Assembly: GCF_021869535.1 (NCBI RefSeq)
Contig: NW_026262700.1
Span: 682,001 to 746,000, forward strand
Source of the DNA: Mytilus californianus
Lineage: Eukaryota
Reading direction: 5' to 3'
Length of the DNA: 64,000 nucleotides
The position numbers were made by a program, and so were the translations under genes. The notes beneath the pieces are model-generated. The model did no database searches, had not been told where the DNA came from, and saw only the letters and a list, made by a program, of their open reading frames with translations. Each line of letters begins with the position of its first letter. Within the stretch, counting starts at the first letter, position 1. Positions 48,404 through 60,755 of the stretch are shown here, piece after piece.

Positions 48404-49920
48404 ATCAATTTATTAATAACTTTTATTACATACAAACAACATACATTATGGCATGCTAACTATGAACAGGCAGACATGTGCTAAACACAGATGTAGAAGC
48501 AACCAAACAAAAATATAATACATTGCGTATTTACATATGAAATATGCAACTATAATTTAAATGTTATTAAACCATGTTTAAGGAGGCTCGAGGGTATAAA
48601 AATTTCAGCAAAAATTTAAACATTTTATTTATTACACTATTAGTTGTTACTTTATGATATGGTACAAAAATCAACCAAAAAAATCAATTTGTTTTGGCCC
48701 CAGATGACTTCTAAAATGTTAATATCATTGAAAATTCTCCAAATTATTTCCATTTGGTGCGAAAATGCCATTTGTTGTATTAAAATTGAAATATCTTTTT
48801 TAACTCATCGGTGACCTATATTTTTTATTATTTTTTTCAAATAATCTGTACTTAAACTATACAATTGTGAAATTTCAGATTTCTGTAACTTAGTTCTTTT
48901 TTTCTTTCGATATTACCTCTATTTCTCCTATTAGTACAACAGAAAAAAAGTACCCTTGTACCACCCAGGGTATAAGACACAATGTTGGCTAACGTTTCAG
49001 CGTACGACGAAGAAGCCATGGAAGTTAGCGAGAGTGAGGGTGAAATAGATTCTGACCTCAATGAGGCTACAGAATCAGACTATGATAGTTCTGGACACTG
49101 AAAACAATAACATTTGATGTATAAATTTATACAATATTAGTTTAGAAATGCATGCCTGTTTATAACGTTCAACTTTAATAGCGTACTGTGTAACTGACAG
49201 ATCTATTTTTGGAACTTGTACACACTTGTGTTGTATTATCGGAGTGGATTAAAACATGGGTATTATTGATTTTTCGTTTCCTATTTCTGAATGACCGGGT
49301 CGATGTCTTTGCAATATTGTAATGGGTAAGTTTCAATTTTGTTTTAACTACAAAATTGGGGCGTGTATAAGAAGTCGAAGTTCTGAACGCACGATTTTCG
49401 GTAGGGGCTTTAATTAGAATAAATACGGTAATATGTACAAATTATTCATTATAACCATTAAATTTCATATAAACATTTTTATCACTTATATTTTCATTAA
49501 CAATATTATTATTGGCTACTTAATATAAATAGGATTCAGAAAAATTATCACAATACACAAATGCATATGTGTTGAATCATCATATGAAAACATGCAATGA
49601 AATTCATGTTTTAAATATTTTTTTATAGAATTGTTATCACCAGACTTGAAATTAATGTCACTAAGTCAGCAACCCCTTGAATTTCCGATAGACACATCTA
49701 GGATATAATACACGGTCTGAAGAATAGAATGGTTTTAAGTAATGTATATGTCTAACACGTATTATTTTATCCTTCTATGAATTAAACACTAATAAAAGAT
49801 TTGCGGTCATCTACTCAGGAAGATTGCTGGTTATTAATATATAGCAGTGCTAAATTTGTGGATTGTCATACAACTTTTCTACAACATCTCAAATTGAAAA
49901 CTTACGGAATGATTGATTTA

Positions 49921-50032
49921 TCTTGTAATTTGGAAAGTGTATGCTATATCTTTCTAATCCATCTTTTGTAACTGCTTGTGGTCTGCCAGAGTTCTCGTTG
50001 AAATGCAGTGCTGTAAGAAGCCGTTTGCAATA
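49921..50032 (-). pseudogene. Kolobok-like transposase C-terminal remnant
   Basis: YCKRLLTALHFNENSGRPQAVTKDGLERYSIHFPNYK. Confidence 0.65.
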
Positions 50033-50604
50033 TAAGAAAATTTCAACATTTGATATAAGAAGTTACAAAGGATACAGGATTTGGTTTAATACAAGGCTTT
50101 GAGACTCATTTAACATTGTTGAACAAATGTTGTAACAAAAATAACTGACATGGTGTAAAAATGTCCTTCTCCATGAGAAAATTATATATAGTAGTGCTTT
50201 AGTTAATTTCTATAAGTTAACAAACCCTTATTGAATTTACAAACCTTCTCTTTAAAAAACTAGGCACAGCACTTTTCCAGTAAAATAAAATATCCTGAAT
50301 ACAGGAAGCCAAAACACAGGGCGATCTGATGTCATCTTGCACCCGCCCTTTTAACTTTTTGGGAAATGTCCTTACTTTCAGTTTGAAGTCACGTGACATA
50401 GTGTATTTATATTTTTTTTTAAATAAAAGTATGGAAAAAAATCCAGGATAGACGCTTTCACCCTTGTTTACACATTTAGCCTGCATTTTTGGCCTTTGGG
50501 CAGAGAAAATTACGAATTTTGCTGTGTATGAAAATGGGATTTTCTTGAAACGCCCTTCACGTCCCTGTGTATATCATAAAATTGAAACATTGAGAGATTT
50601 AAAA

Positions 50605-50985
50605 GATAAGACGAAATAAACGTTCAGATCCATCGTTTAAGAAATGTGAAACTGAACTAGAAACTAACTAGAGAGGACAAACATCTAGATCAATCGTATA
50701 AGATATGTGAAACTGAAAGCGAAACTAAATCTAGACAGGACAAACGTTCAGGTCCATTGTATAAGAAATGTGATACTGAAAGAGAAATTAAGATTCGGAC
50801 AGATAAAAAATGTTTAAATCATATCAGAAAATTGATTCAATGAGATTTTCATAAGATAGACGAAATAAAGGTTCAGATCCATCGTTTAAGACATGTGAAA
50901 CTGAAAGAGAAACTCAAACTAGACAGGACAAACGTACAGATCCATTGGTATCAGAAATGTGAAACTGAAAGAGATACTAAGACTC
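50605..50985. repeat. Degenerate ~60-bp tandem repeat
   Basis: Recurring gatcca..gt.taaga.atgtgaaactgaaagagaaact...agacaggacaaacgt. Confidence 0.75.
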
Positions 50986-51387
50986 TCAGTTTCTCTTGTG
51001 GGTTGATATTTTGTCAGAGTCTTTTCTCCTTGTGTATCTTTGTTTATTTCATGAGACTTATTATTATTTTGGTCAATTGTAGATACAGTTGCAACATACT
51101 TTTCAGGTGTAAGTAATTGTGGGTTTAGTTTGGTATCATCCTTCGCAACTAAAGTCTATGATTTCATTAAGATCACTTTATGTGTCACTGGTTGTTTCGT
51201 TAACATCATTTGACTGGTTTTCGTGCGAGTCTGTAGGATAAATGTCTGAATTAAATGTTATGACAGTCTACAATGTTGAGGAATTTTGGAAGTCGTTATT
51301 GACGAATTTGACTTTAAAGTTTCTTTGAGTTTGAATGATTACCGTGTTTATAAAAAGTTATTTTGAACAGCAATTGAATGTCTTTTG

Positions 51388-51825
51388 ATTGATTGAATTG
51401 TTGATTGTTGGTTTCTTAACGTCCAGTGGCAAATATTTCATGCATATTCAGGACGAGAACAAATTAACAATAAATACAATTGGTAGGTTCTGTAATAGAG
51501 GCGTCTGGGATTGAGGTCGGCGAAATTTAGACTTACACGGGAAATGAGGGTATATTGGATAGGGGCAGAAATTTAGCCTTGCATCAGGTCACCTACGGAC
51601 CCCTCAAAGAGTAGTTGCAATGGTTCTCAACGTGCAAAGAGTGTGGCAGGCACTCTCTTTACACGAGGTATCGGAATTAACGTCCCCATTCTGACCGGCG
51701 TGGCTGCAAATTTGTACATCCCGCACAGCCAAACGGATGCCCCACTTTTGCCGAGGGTTTTACCGCCGGTCGGAGGAAGACCAATGATGACCATATTTCT
51801 AATCCCCAGTCATCCTTTGGGGGGG
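51388..51825 (-). mobile_element. SINE-like element, full length, diverged
   Basis: TSD atgtcttttg at 51378-51387 and 51826-51835. Confidence 0.9.
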
Positions 51826-53375
51826 ATGTCTTTTGGAGAGATCTCAATACAAATAGACTTTGTCCCGCTTTGGTTTTCATCCAGGAAATGGGTTCATCAT
51901 ACCAACTGACTTGGAAGTATTCCATTTTTCCATAGATCTCATTGTATAAAATAGACAGGCCCTTAATGTATGGGTAAATTTTCTGTGCAGGAACTTTAAA
52001 TGCCGCCATATTAGCTTGAGGCACACAAGTGTTGTCGTCAATTTTTTTGCTTGAGTTCTTTAGCTTTACATGTGAAGATGACAAGTTTTTTTTGGTAAAC
52101 ATTCTTTTAGATAATCTTTGAAAACACTTTTTAGTGATAGGTCACATGCTTCGAGCAAGTCGTTAGCTGCATCTTGATTTGAACATTAGTGGTGCTTGCC
52201 GTTGCCTTATTTACTACATCGAAATGTTGCTAATCACAGGCTATGGGGTGGCTTTCGTGCTTGTGGACAAATTTTAATTTGTCGCAACATTTACTGAGGG
52301 TCGCCGTTACCGGAAGTCGAACATTATATAAATTAGTATAATTGTACCTCTTCATACAGTAAACAACAAATGTATTTTCCATTACCTGCGTGACGTTCAA
52401 AAAATAATTGTGACTTATTGTACTGTTACTTTCTGGCCTACATACTTCATTCGTGAGGTATAATTACACGATATTCTATTAACGAATACGTGAGGGATGT
52501 GAATAAAGATTAAAAAAAAAATACGTGAGGGATTAATTCCCTAGGATTAAACTTATTTTATGTCACTTCGACCTGCTGCTGATAGGTGAGAAATAAGAAT
52601 ACCAGCTACTAAAACACCAAAAACTGATGAATCATAAACTTGGACTTGGTCGCCCAATGTAAACTTGAATAATTAATATATTTCACTCTATTGTAACTAG
52701 ATGCCTGTGGGATCAAGATTTTATTAATAGACATAATCTTGCATAAAATGTAGGCTACACTTTATATTATATATAGATGTTGTTCATGCTAGCTGCTTGA
52801 TTGCTTGCATTCAGTGTAATCCCTTGTACATAATCTGCGTTTAAATGCATCAATCCCATTCATTTAAACCAACAAAACAACAAAATGGTATCTTTCTACT
52901 CTTTATTCTGACATAACACATTCATCACAGATAGATGTCATCAAATAAAACAGTCAGATATGTTTCAGTTTATTTTCAATGCAAATTTCTATATTAAACT
53001 AAACTATAATAAACAGGATCTTCTTTTTATTAAGAATGATTGATTATTGTCTTGAAATCTGAAAATGGTTGGTGTACACTTTTTAAGGGATTGTGCAGGG
53101 TTTCGTACACTTTGGAAAATGGTGGACAATTACATTGTATGGAAAAAAATGATGACCCATGAAAGATATATTTTCCATTTTTGCTGATTCTACATCCAAA
53201 TCTCAGACATAAAAGAGTAGTATAGTCATTATATTTGGTGGATGATGTAGTGTCTTCTGTTCTGTTCATTTGTATTTTTGTGTCATCTTTACCTGTTATG
53301 GCCGGGTTTGACATTTTTACTGGATTCCGGTCCTAATCACTTTATCAATAGATCTAGTTCCTCACTGGTAGTTAC

Positions 53376-53543
53376 CCTATCCAATATACCCTCATTTCCC
53401 GTGGCAGTCTAAATTTCTCCGACCTTAACCCCTTAATCTATTACAGAACCTACCTATTGTATTTATTGTGAACTAGTTCTCGTCCTGAATATGCATGAAA
53501 TATTTGCCACTGGACGTTAAGCAACCAACAATCAATCAATCAA
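53376..53543 (+). mobile_element. SINE-like element, 5'-truncated, 14-bp TSD
   Basis: TSD tcactggtagttac at 53362-53375 and 53544-53557. Confidence 0.92.
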
Positions 53544-54529
53544 TCACTGGTAGTTACACTAAGCTCTTGCATAATACTAAGAAATGTAGACTTCCATAGT
53601 GTGTAAAATTCTGGTCTGTCGTTAAAACTAGTGAGACGGGTCAGTAGTAGATCCTTCTTGAGTAAGAATCTGGTTAACTCTGATGTGAGAGACTGTCAAA
53701 TACCTGCAAAAGCACCGTTACCGACTGTTTTATCTTCCATTTCAAGGTTAAATGGTGTAGAATTGACATTTTTAATGAATGCACTCAAAAGAGGTCCTCG
53801 TGGAGTAGGCTTAAAATTGGGAAATTTATATGGCTGTGGAATGCGAGTAGATGCCTGTTTATCTGTCATTTGTTCGATCTCATTTTGTGTTTCCTTGATC
53901 TGATTTTCTGCATGAGGAAGTGAGTTTATGTACTGTTCTGTGCGCTCAGCTGTGTGTACAACCTGAACCATATTATATTCTGCAAGCAGCAATTCTCTTT
54001 GACTTCCTTCGCTTTTTTTCAAATTTTCTAAGTGTTGATGATAAAAAACTAAATAGGAGTTGTATAAAATAGAATGTTTTGGTAGTTTCCTCTAAGCCAT
54101 ACTTTCTATAAACCATCACATAAAAATGAATGTTTTTTACACGACGAATGATTTCCGGTGTAACAGTTGACGATTGCGTGTACGACATGTGATATTTTAC
54201 ATTTGATTTTTTGAAAGTTCCCACTGTAAATTTTCCTTCCCTGAGCATAAGGGTAATAAATTTAGAGAAACGTTCATATAATGGGCGTTTACATCTATTT
54301 TTTATGTGCAAGCATAGCCAAAATGGATAAGCACTTATGCACATGCATTATGATTTACACTTGGACTTTGGTATGGTCGTTTACACTTTGCATGCCGACA
54401 TCAAGTTTTATTTGAGATCCAGTCCGTGATCTTGATGAATATATAACTAAATGAACATAATATCAGCATTTAAAAGGCAATAATATATAAAATCTCTGAA
54501 GGGGGATGTGGATCATTCTAATTTTCTTC

Positions 54530-54951
54530 CCCCAAGGGTGACTGGGGAATAGAAGTATGGTCACCATTGGTCTTCCTCCGACCGGCAGTAAAACCCGAGC
54601 TAAAGTGGGGCGTCCGTTTGGCTGTGCGGGATGTACAAATTTGCAGCCACGTCCGGTCAGAATGGGGACGTTAAATCCGATGCCTCGTGTAAAGAGAGTG
54701 CCACGTTCTTTGCACGTTAAGAACCCTTGCAACAACTCTTTGAGGGGTCCGTAGGTGACCTGTTGCAAGGCTAAATTTCTGTCCCTATCCAATATACCTT
54801 CGTTTCCCGTGGCAGTCTAAATTTCTCCGACCTTAATCCCTTAATCTTTTGCAGAACCTACCTATTGTATTTATTGTGAACTTGTTTTCGTCCTGAATAT
54901 GCATGAAATATTTGCCACTGGACATTAAGCAACCAACAATCAATCTATCAA
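54530..54951 (+). mobile_element. SINE-like element, full length, 13-bp TSD
   Basis: TSD tctaattttcttc at 54517-54529 and 54952-54964. Confidence 0.92.
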
Positions 54952-55914
54952 TCTAATTTTCTTCTACCACACAAGCATTATTTTTTGTCGCGATTTTTGC
55001 ATTATGAGTTTTATGACAAAAAAACTCACGTTACGAAATATATTCCCCTTTTCCCTGATAAGATATTTAAAAAAGAAAAATTAAAAAATCAAGTTACAGT
55101 TGAATGATAGTTCCCAAAGACCTAATTACGCTAAGAGCTGTGTGAAAAGAAAAGAGGACCAAATATATATACAAATTAAAAGATGCAAGTGGTATAGAGA
55201 CAAATACCCGCAACAGACCAAACGACACAGAAATTGAAAAAAAAAAAACTATAAGTCACCGTATATATGGGGAGGACCTATAGAAATATTCAATTCAAAT
55301 TCCAATGTTTAAATATGTTCAATATATATTCAAAATATACAGTTAAAGATAAATATAGCAACCTAAAATTAGTGTATACTGACAATTGAAGAAACAGGAT
55401 ATATTGTTTGATTCAAAATAAATCCAAGTGCTGTATATCGTTTACTATTATTTTTTCGGTTCACTCTATACACGTACGACGGTCGTCTTAACAAAAGCTA
55501 ATTGCCATTCCAATCACATATACACAGGATGTCCACCTCCGGCTTTCACCACATGTGTATTACATCCAGCTGTAAGTTACCTGTGTATAGTTTTTAACTT
55601 TTAATTTTAAAAGAATCATGAAGATGTACAGATAGAAAGATAGTTTATTCCCATAAAAACATGAATATAATTTTAAGTTGTCATAACATAAAATAAATAT
55701 TAAAAATAAATTAAATTAAAAAAAGTAGATAAAATAAATAAAAATATGAGAATACAAACTAAAAATGTTTAAAGAAATAGTGTTTAAATATGTTGAAAAT
55801 GTGGTTGAGAAGAAGGGGTAATTTTACTGTTGATACATTTTATGAAATTGTAAAAGCTGTGAGTGTTTTGGGTTTTTCAACAGTTCGTTTGGTATCATTC
55901 AATATTTTCCTTTC

Positions 55915-56120
55915 ATCTTCTTAAACTGGACAAACAAGAGTAGTGTGATAGTCGTCTCCGATATGTCCATTCTGGCATATAGAACACATATTGTCACTTC
56001 TGTCAACATGACACCTTCTCCCTATATCTATAAGCAATACATTTTTGCACATTTCATTCTGAAACACATTACAAGTTTGATTCGTCCGAAGTTCGTACTG
56101 ACCATATTTCAACTCTTTAT
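55915..56120 (-). mobile_element. LINE ORF2 C-terminal zinc-knuckle remnant (CR1/L2/RTE-X-like)
   Basis: IDIGR....R...C..C....IGDDYH...VCP. Confidence 0.6.
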
Positions 56121-56890
56121 GGACATTTTTTAAAGTAAGATACAATGCATCTACAAATGGAAAAGGGGGGAGGGGTGTTAAAATTAAGTTATTATTATTA
56201 TTCTCTATTTTTTTGGGTACATTTTTCTTTATTATTTATATTTTTACATTCAAATTCTTTTTCCTGCAAACCCACATCCACACGCTCTCAAATTTCTTGC
56301 ATTTTTCGGAATTTTAAAAACTTAAATTTTTGTTAAAACAAAAATGTCTTGTACAGTTTTAATACTATTAACACATATATATATGTCATAGGAAGTTTTT
56401 TGCAATGATTCATATTGGGTCAAAATCTAAATCAAGTGAAAGTTTTTATGAAGTATTTGCAATATTTATTATGGGCCTGATTTAATGGGTCTCATTTAAC
56501 GGCTTTATAATGATCATGTAATCGAATAAACATAAAACAAAGACATTAAATTGAAAAGTGAATGAATGAAGTTTATTCCCTTAAATCTACAAATCATAGT
56601 CAGAGATCAAATTTATATTTACAATAATAAAATAAATTTGACGTTAGCGATTTATTTAGCAAGATATATATACAGTTTTAAAATAGTGGAACCCGATTTT
56701 TACTAAGAGCGGGGATTGCCAGTTTAAAGGTTTATTTTTCAATAGTCGCTTCCGACGTTAAAGCTAGATAATAAAAAATACGCAATTCCGACCACAGATT
56801 TCTTTTATATTTCAATTTATAGCCATTTAACTTTCAAACATATTTCATTTTGGGCAATTAAACAAAGCAAAAGTATTTTTGACGGAAAGA

Positions 56891-57348
56891 TTGATTGTTG
56901 TTAGCTAAACGTCCAGTGGCAAATATTTAATGCATATTCAGGACGAGAACAAATTAACAATGAATACAATAGGTAGGTTCAGTAAAAGAGGCGTCTGGGA
57001 TTAAGGTCGGAGAAATTTAGACCGCCACTGGAAATGAGGGTATATTGGATAGGGACAGAAATTTAGCCTAGCAACAGGTCACCTACGGACCCCTAAAAGA
57101 GTTGTTGCAAGGGTTCTTAACGTGCAAAGAGCGGGACACTCTCTTTACACGAGACATCGGATTTAACGTCCCCATTCTGACCGGACGTGGCTGCAAATTT
57201 GTACATCCCGCACAGCCAAACGGACGCCCAACTTTAGCAAGGGTTTTACTGCAGGTCGGAGGAAGACCAATGGTGACCATACTTCTATTCCCCAGTCACC
57301 CTTGGGGATAATCCTAATTTTATACAGGTGTTTCATTTGAAACAGGGG
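56891..57348 (-). mobile_element. SINE-like element with a 41-nt 5' extension inside the TSDs
   Basis: TSD tttgacggaaaga at 56878-56890 and 57349-57361; the usual 5' end is at 57307. Confidence 0.85.
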
Positions 57349-57719
57349 TTTGACGGAAAGAAATCAATACCATTGAGTAATCGTTCAATGTACTGAAAAT
57401 TATAGCCAAACCGCGAATGAAGGGAGACAAGCCTTATAAATCTGCACACAAACTATTTTATGTCAAAATCGATACATTTACCTGGCACTGAACATTCCCA
57501 AAACGACTATTTTATCGATGTACTCAATAGTACGAAAACGTTCTTGACGCTACTGAATTGAATGCAAGGCGTTTTCTCTTAATTACCCGAGTCAGTACTG
57601 AACAGTACTGGATCTCCTGCGCGGAGCAGGGTACTGAACACGTACTGAATAACTGAAAAAAATCTTGACATTTTTTCTTGCGGTAATTTCAGGCATTTAA
57701 GAGTTGATAAAAACAGTTA

Positions 57720-58690
57720 CTAGTGATGTTTAAACCTACAACGAGGGAAGAAGGGACAGTCATTACTATTATTATAGCATTTACACGACATATTTACACT
57801 TCCACTAGTTACCTGTGATTGTTGATGTGTTCTCCTGTTAGTGTATGAAAGTGTAGCTGCATTTGAGTTAAAATGACCACGATTTTGTGTATTTGTTATA
57901 TAACCCTGGGATTGCACTGACACATTGTTTTGTGCTGTGGGAGATGTGATGTGTAATAGCCAATATTCAACTTGTATGTTTCCCCAAGATAAATTTGGAT
58001 TCTTTTCTATTTTTAGCCTAAATTGCTCGCCCAGTTTTCTGACCTCGTTGCCGCTTATCTGATATCGCGCAAATATTTTAACAATTCATGTGCCCGTGTC
58101 CTGTATTTCTCAATGTAGACACTCATAAAAACCATGAATGCTGAAGTCCATTCATTTATGGACAAATAAACTCCCGACGATCTTCTTTCAATGCAAATTA
58201 TCCCCCTTTTTAATTTCAAATCACCCTCGTCAACCTCCTCCATTTCTCTTTGCGTTCTTAAAAGATAATGAAGCTTTATAAACTTTCCCTCCCAAATATT
58301 TTCCTTAATTTTAAAAGGCATGTGTTCCCCCACTGTGTCATGAATGCTAGACTCTTGTGTCGGAGTGAAATCAATGGAATTATTTGCCATTTCAAAATAT
58401 TTGTGTGACGGGTCGTGCCTGAAAGAGGGGAATGCCCGTGTGTCCTCCTCCGACTCATTACCGGATGATATTTCAGCATGTTCTTCTGGTCCTTGTGTCT
58501 CCACGTGTCCCACCTCCTGTGTTTTCCTGACCATTCTTTTCCGTCCAACTCCGTCCTTCTATTGTGTGATGTCTTCGTTCCGCACTCCCTGTTCTTCATT
58601 CCTGCTGGTCGTCCTCTTCTTTCCAGTGGCCCTTAATGGCGATCCCCTGGCATTTCTTTTGTTTGGCCTTTTTTCGTTAAAATAATTTAA
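57720..58690 (-). pseudogene. DIRS-type gag remnant (second YR-retroelement family)
   Basis: IKENIWEGKFI.L..LL, INEWTSAF.VF.SVY, ELLKYLRDIR.AA, PNLSWGNI..EYWL, terminal C..N..C...C.FKH. Confidence 0.75.
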
Positions 58691-58889
58691 CTAATTTCTG
58701 CAGCACCTGCTTTGTTGTCGACAGCAAATTAACAAGTGCCCGATACGGGAATTGCAAAATTCAGATTCCGTCTGAGAGCGCCATCTGTGGCCAGGCCAAA
58801 TATGACAATGAGCTAAAGGCTACAACACCCACACAAATATTTGATTGAATTAAACCAGATTATTGAAAATATAAATAAAATTTGATAAT

Positions 58890-60005
58890 CTCTATTAGTT
58901 TCAACAGTCGATTTTCGACATTCAACAGTCGTTTTCAATATACAAAATTTGTTTTCAACATTCATTTTCATATTTTTCAACATTCGTTTCGAACATTGAA
59001 CATTCGTTTACATCATTCGATTTTTTTAACATTCAACACTTGTTTTCGTCATTCAACATTCGTTTTCAGCATTCAACATTTGTTTCAACATTCGATTGTC
59101 AACATTCAACATTTGTTTTCAACATTCGTTTTCAACTTTCAACACCCCCAAGGGTGACTGGGGAATAGAAGTATGGTCACCATTGGTCTTCCTCCGACCG
59201 GCAGTAAAACCCTTGCTCAAGTGGGGCGTCCGTTTGTTTGTGCGAGATGTACAAATTTGCAGCCACGTCCGGTCAGAATGGGGACGTTAAATCCGATGCC
59301 TCGTGTAAAGAGAGTGCCACGCTCTTTGTACGTTAAGAACCCGTGCAACAACTCTTTGAGGTCCGTCGGTGACCTGTTGCAAGGCTAAATTTCTGTCCCT
59401 ATCCAATATACCTTCATTTCCGGTGGCAGTCTAAATTTCTCCGACCTTAATCCCGGAAGCCCCTATTACAGAACCTACTTATTGTATTTATTGTTAATTT
59501 GTTCTCGTCCTGAATATGCATGAAATATTTGCCACTGGACGTTAAGCAACCAACAATCAATCAATCAATCAACTTTCAACATTCGTTTTCAACATTCGAT
59601 TTTCAACATTCAACATTTGTTTTCAAGATGCAATATTCGTTTTACAACTTTCAACATTCAATTTTCAACTTCAGTTTTCGTTTTCAACATTCAAAATTCA
59701 GTTTCAACATACACAACTCGTTTTCAATATTCAACATTCGTTTTCAACATTAGTTTGCTCATTTATTTTTCAACATTCAATATTCGATTTTCAGCATTCA
59801 ACATTCGTTTTAAACATTGAATATTCGTTTTCTTCATTCATCATTCATATTAACATTCAATAACTTTTTGTTTTCAGCATTCAATATTGGTTTTCTAAAT
59901 TAGCCATGCTTTTTAAAATGCAAATTGGTTTTTTCTTAATTTTTTCTATCATTTTTTTTTCTTGTCAACATTTGAAGTCGACATTCCATTTCAACATTCG
60001 TTTTA
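58890..60005. repeat. Degenerate ttttcaacattc(g/a) array (~1.1 kb, interrupted by a SINE)
   Basis: Dozens of 7-20 bp variants of caacatt/ttttcaac. Confidence 0.85.
59145..59568 (+). mobile_element. SINE-like element, full length, 13-bp TSD
   Basis: TSD tcaactttcaaca at 59132-59144 and 59569-59581. Confidence 0.92.
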
Positions 60006-60324
60006 AACAATCGATTTTCTCTAATAATCAATCCGATTGTGAACTAATTAATTGTGTGTCAATACTTTCGTATAATACGTGTAATACGTATAATAGAATA
60101 GAAAAAATTATGGTTTCAATTAGAAGAAACTCGTCATAATATTAAAATTTGCGTTCACTGTAAATTCTATTTGAATGGAGTTCAAGATTCCGATTCATAA
60201 AACCGGTTCTAGGTTTTTTATAAATTATTGCATTGTTTGAAAATTTATTATTGACTCTCTTGTATATGACACTGACAAAGCACAAACAATACAAAAACTT
60301 TCAAGATTCATATATAATTATATA

Positions 60325-60755
60325 TTGATTGATTGTTGGTTGCTTAACGTCGTGTTGCAAATATTTCATGCATAATTAGGATGAGAACAAATTAACAATA
60401 AATACAATGGGTAGGTTCAGTAATAGAGGCGCCTGGGATTGAGGTCGGATAAATTTAGACTGCCACGGGAAATGAGGGTATATTGGATAGGGACTTTAAG
60501 GCTGAAATTTAGCCTTGCAACAGGTCACCTACGGACCCCTCAACGAGTTGTTGCAAGGGTTCTTAACGTACAAAGAGCGTGGCGCTCTCTTTACACGAGG
60601 CATCCGATTTAACGTCCCCATCCTGACCGGACGTGGATGCAAATTTGTACATCCCGCACAGCCAAACGGACGCCCCACTTTGGCGAGGGTTTTACCGCCG
60701 GTCGGAGGAAGACCATTGGTGACCATACCTATGTTCCCCAGTCACCCTTCGGGGG
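60325..60755 (-). mobile_element. SINE-like element, full length, diverged
   Basis: (ttga)n tail through cagtcacccttcggggg; no clear TSD. Confidence 0.9.

Noticed and set aside
54530-54620. HDV-like, pistol or twister ribozyme at the SINE 5' end
   Set aside because: Helix order does not fit HDV (no P1 3' strand after P3, no P1.1 GG); the pistol P2 partner and the twister core motifs are absent.
54617-54682. Pol III A/B boxes in the SINE (tggctgtgcgg ... gttaaatcc)
   Set aside because: They lie ~90 nt inside the element, the B box lacks the TTC core, and there is no cloverleaf.
58882-60139. ORFs rich in F/Q/H/S/T/N
   Set aside because: They are translations of the low-complexity array.
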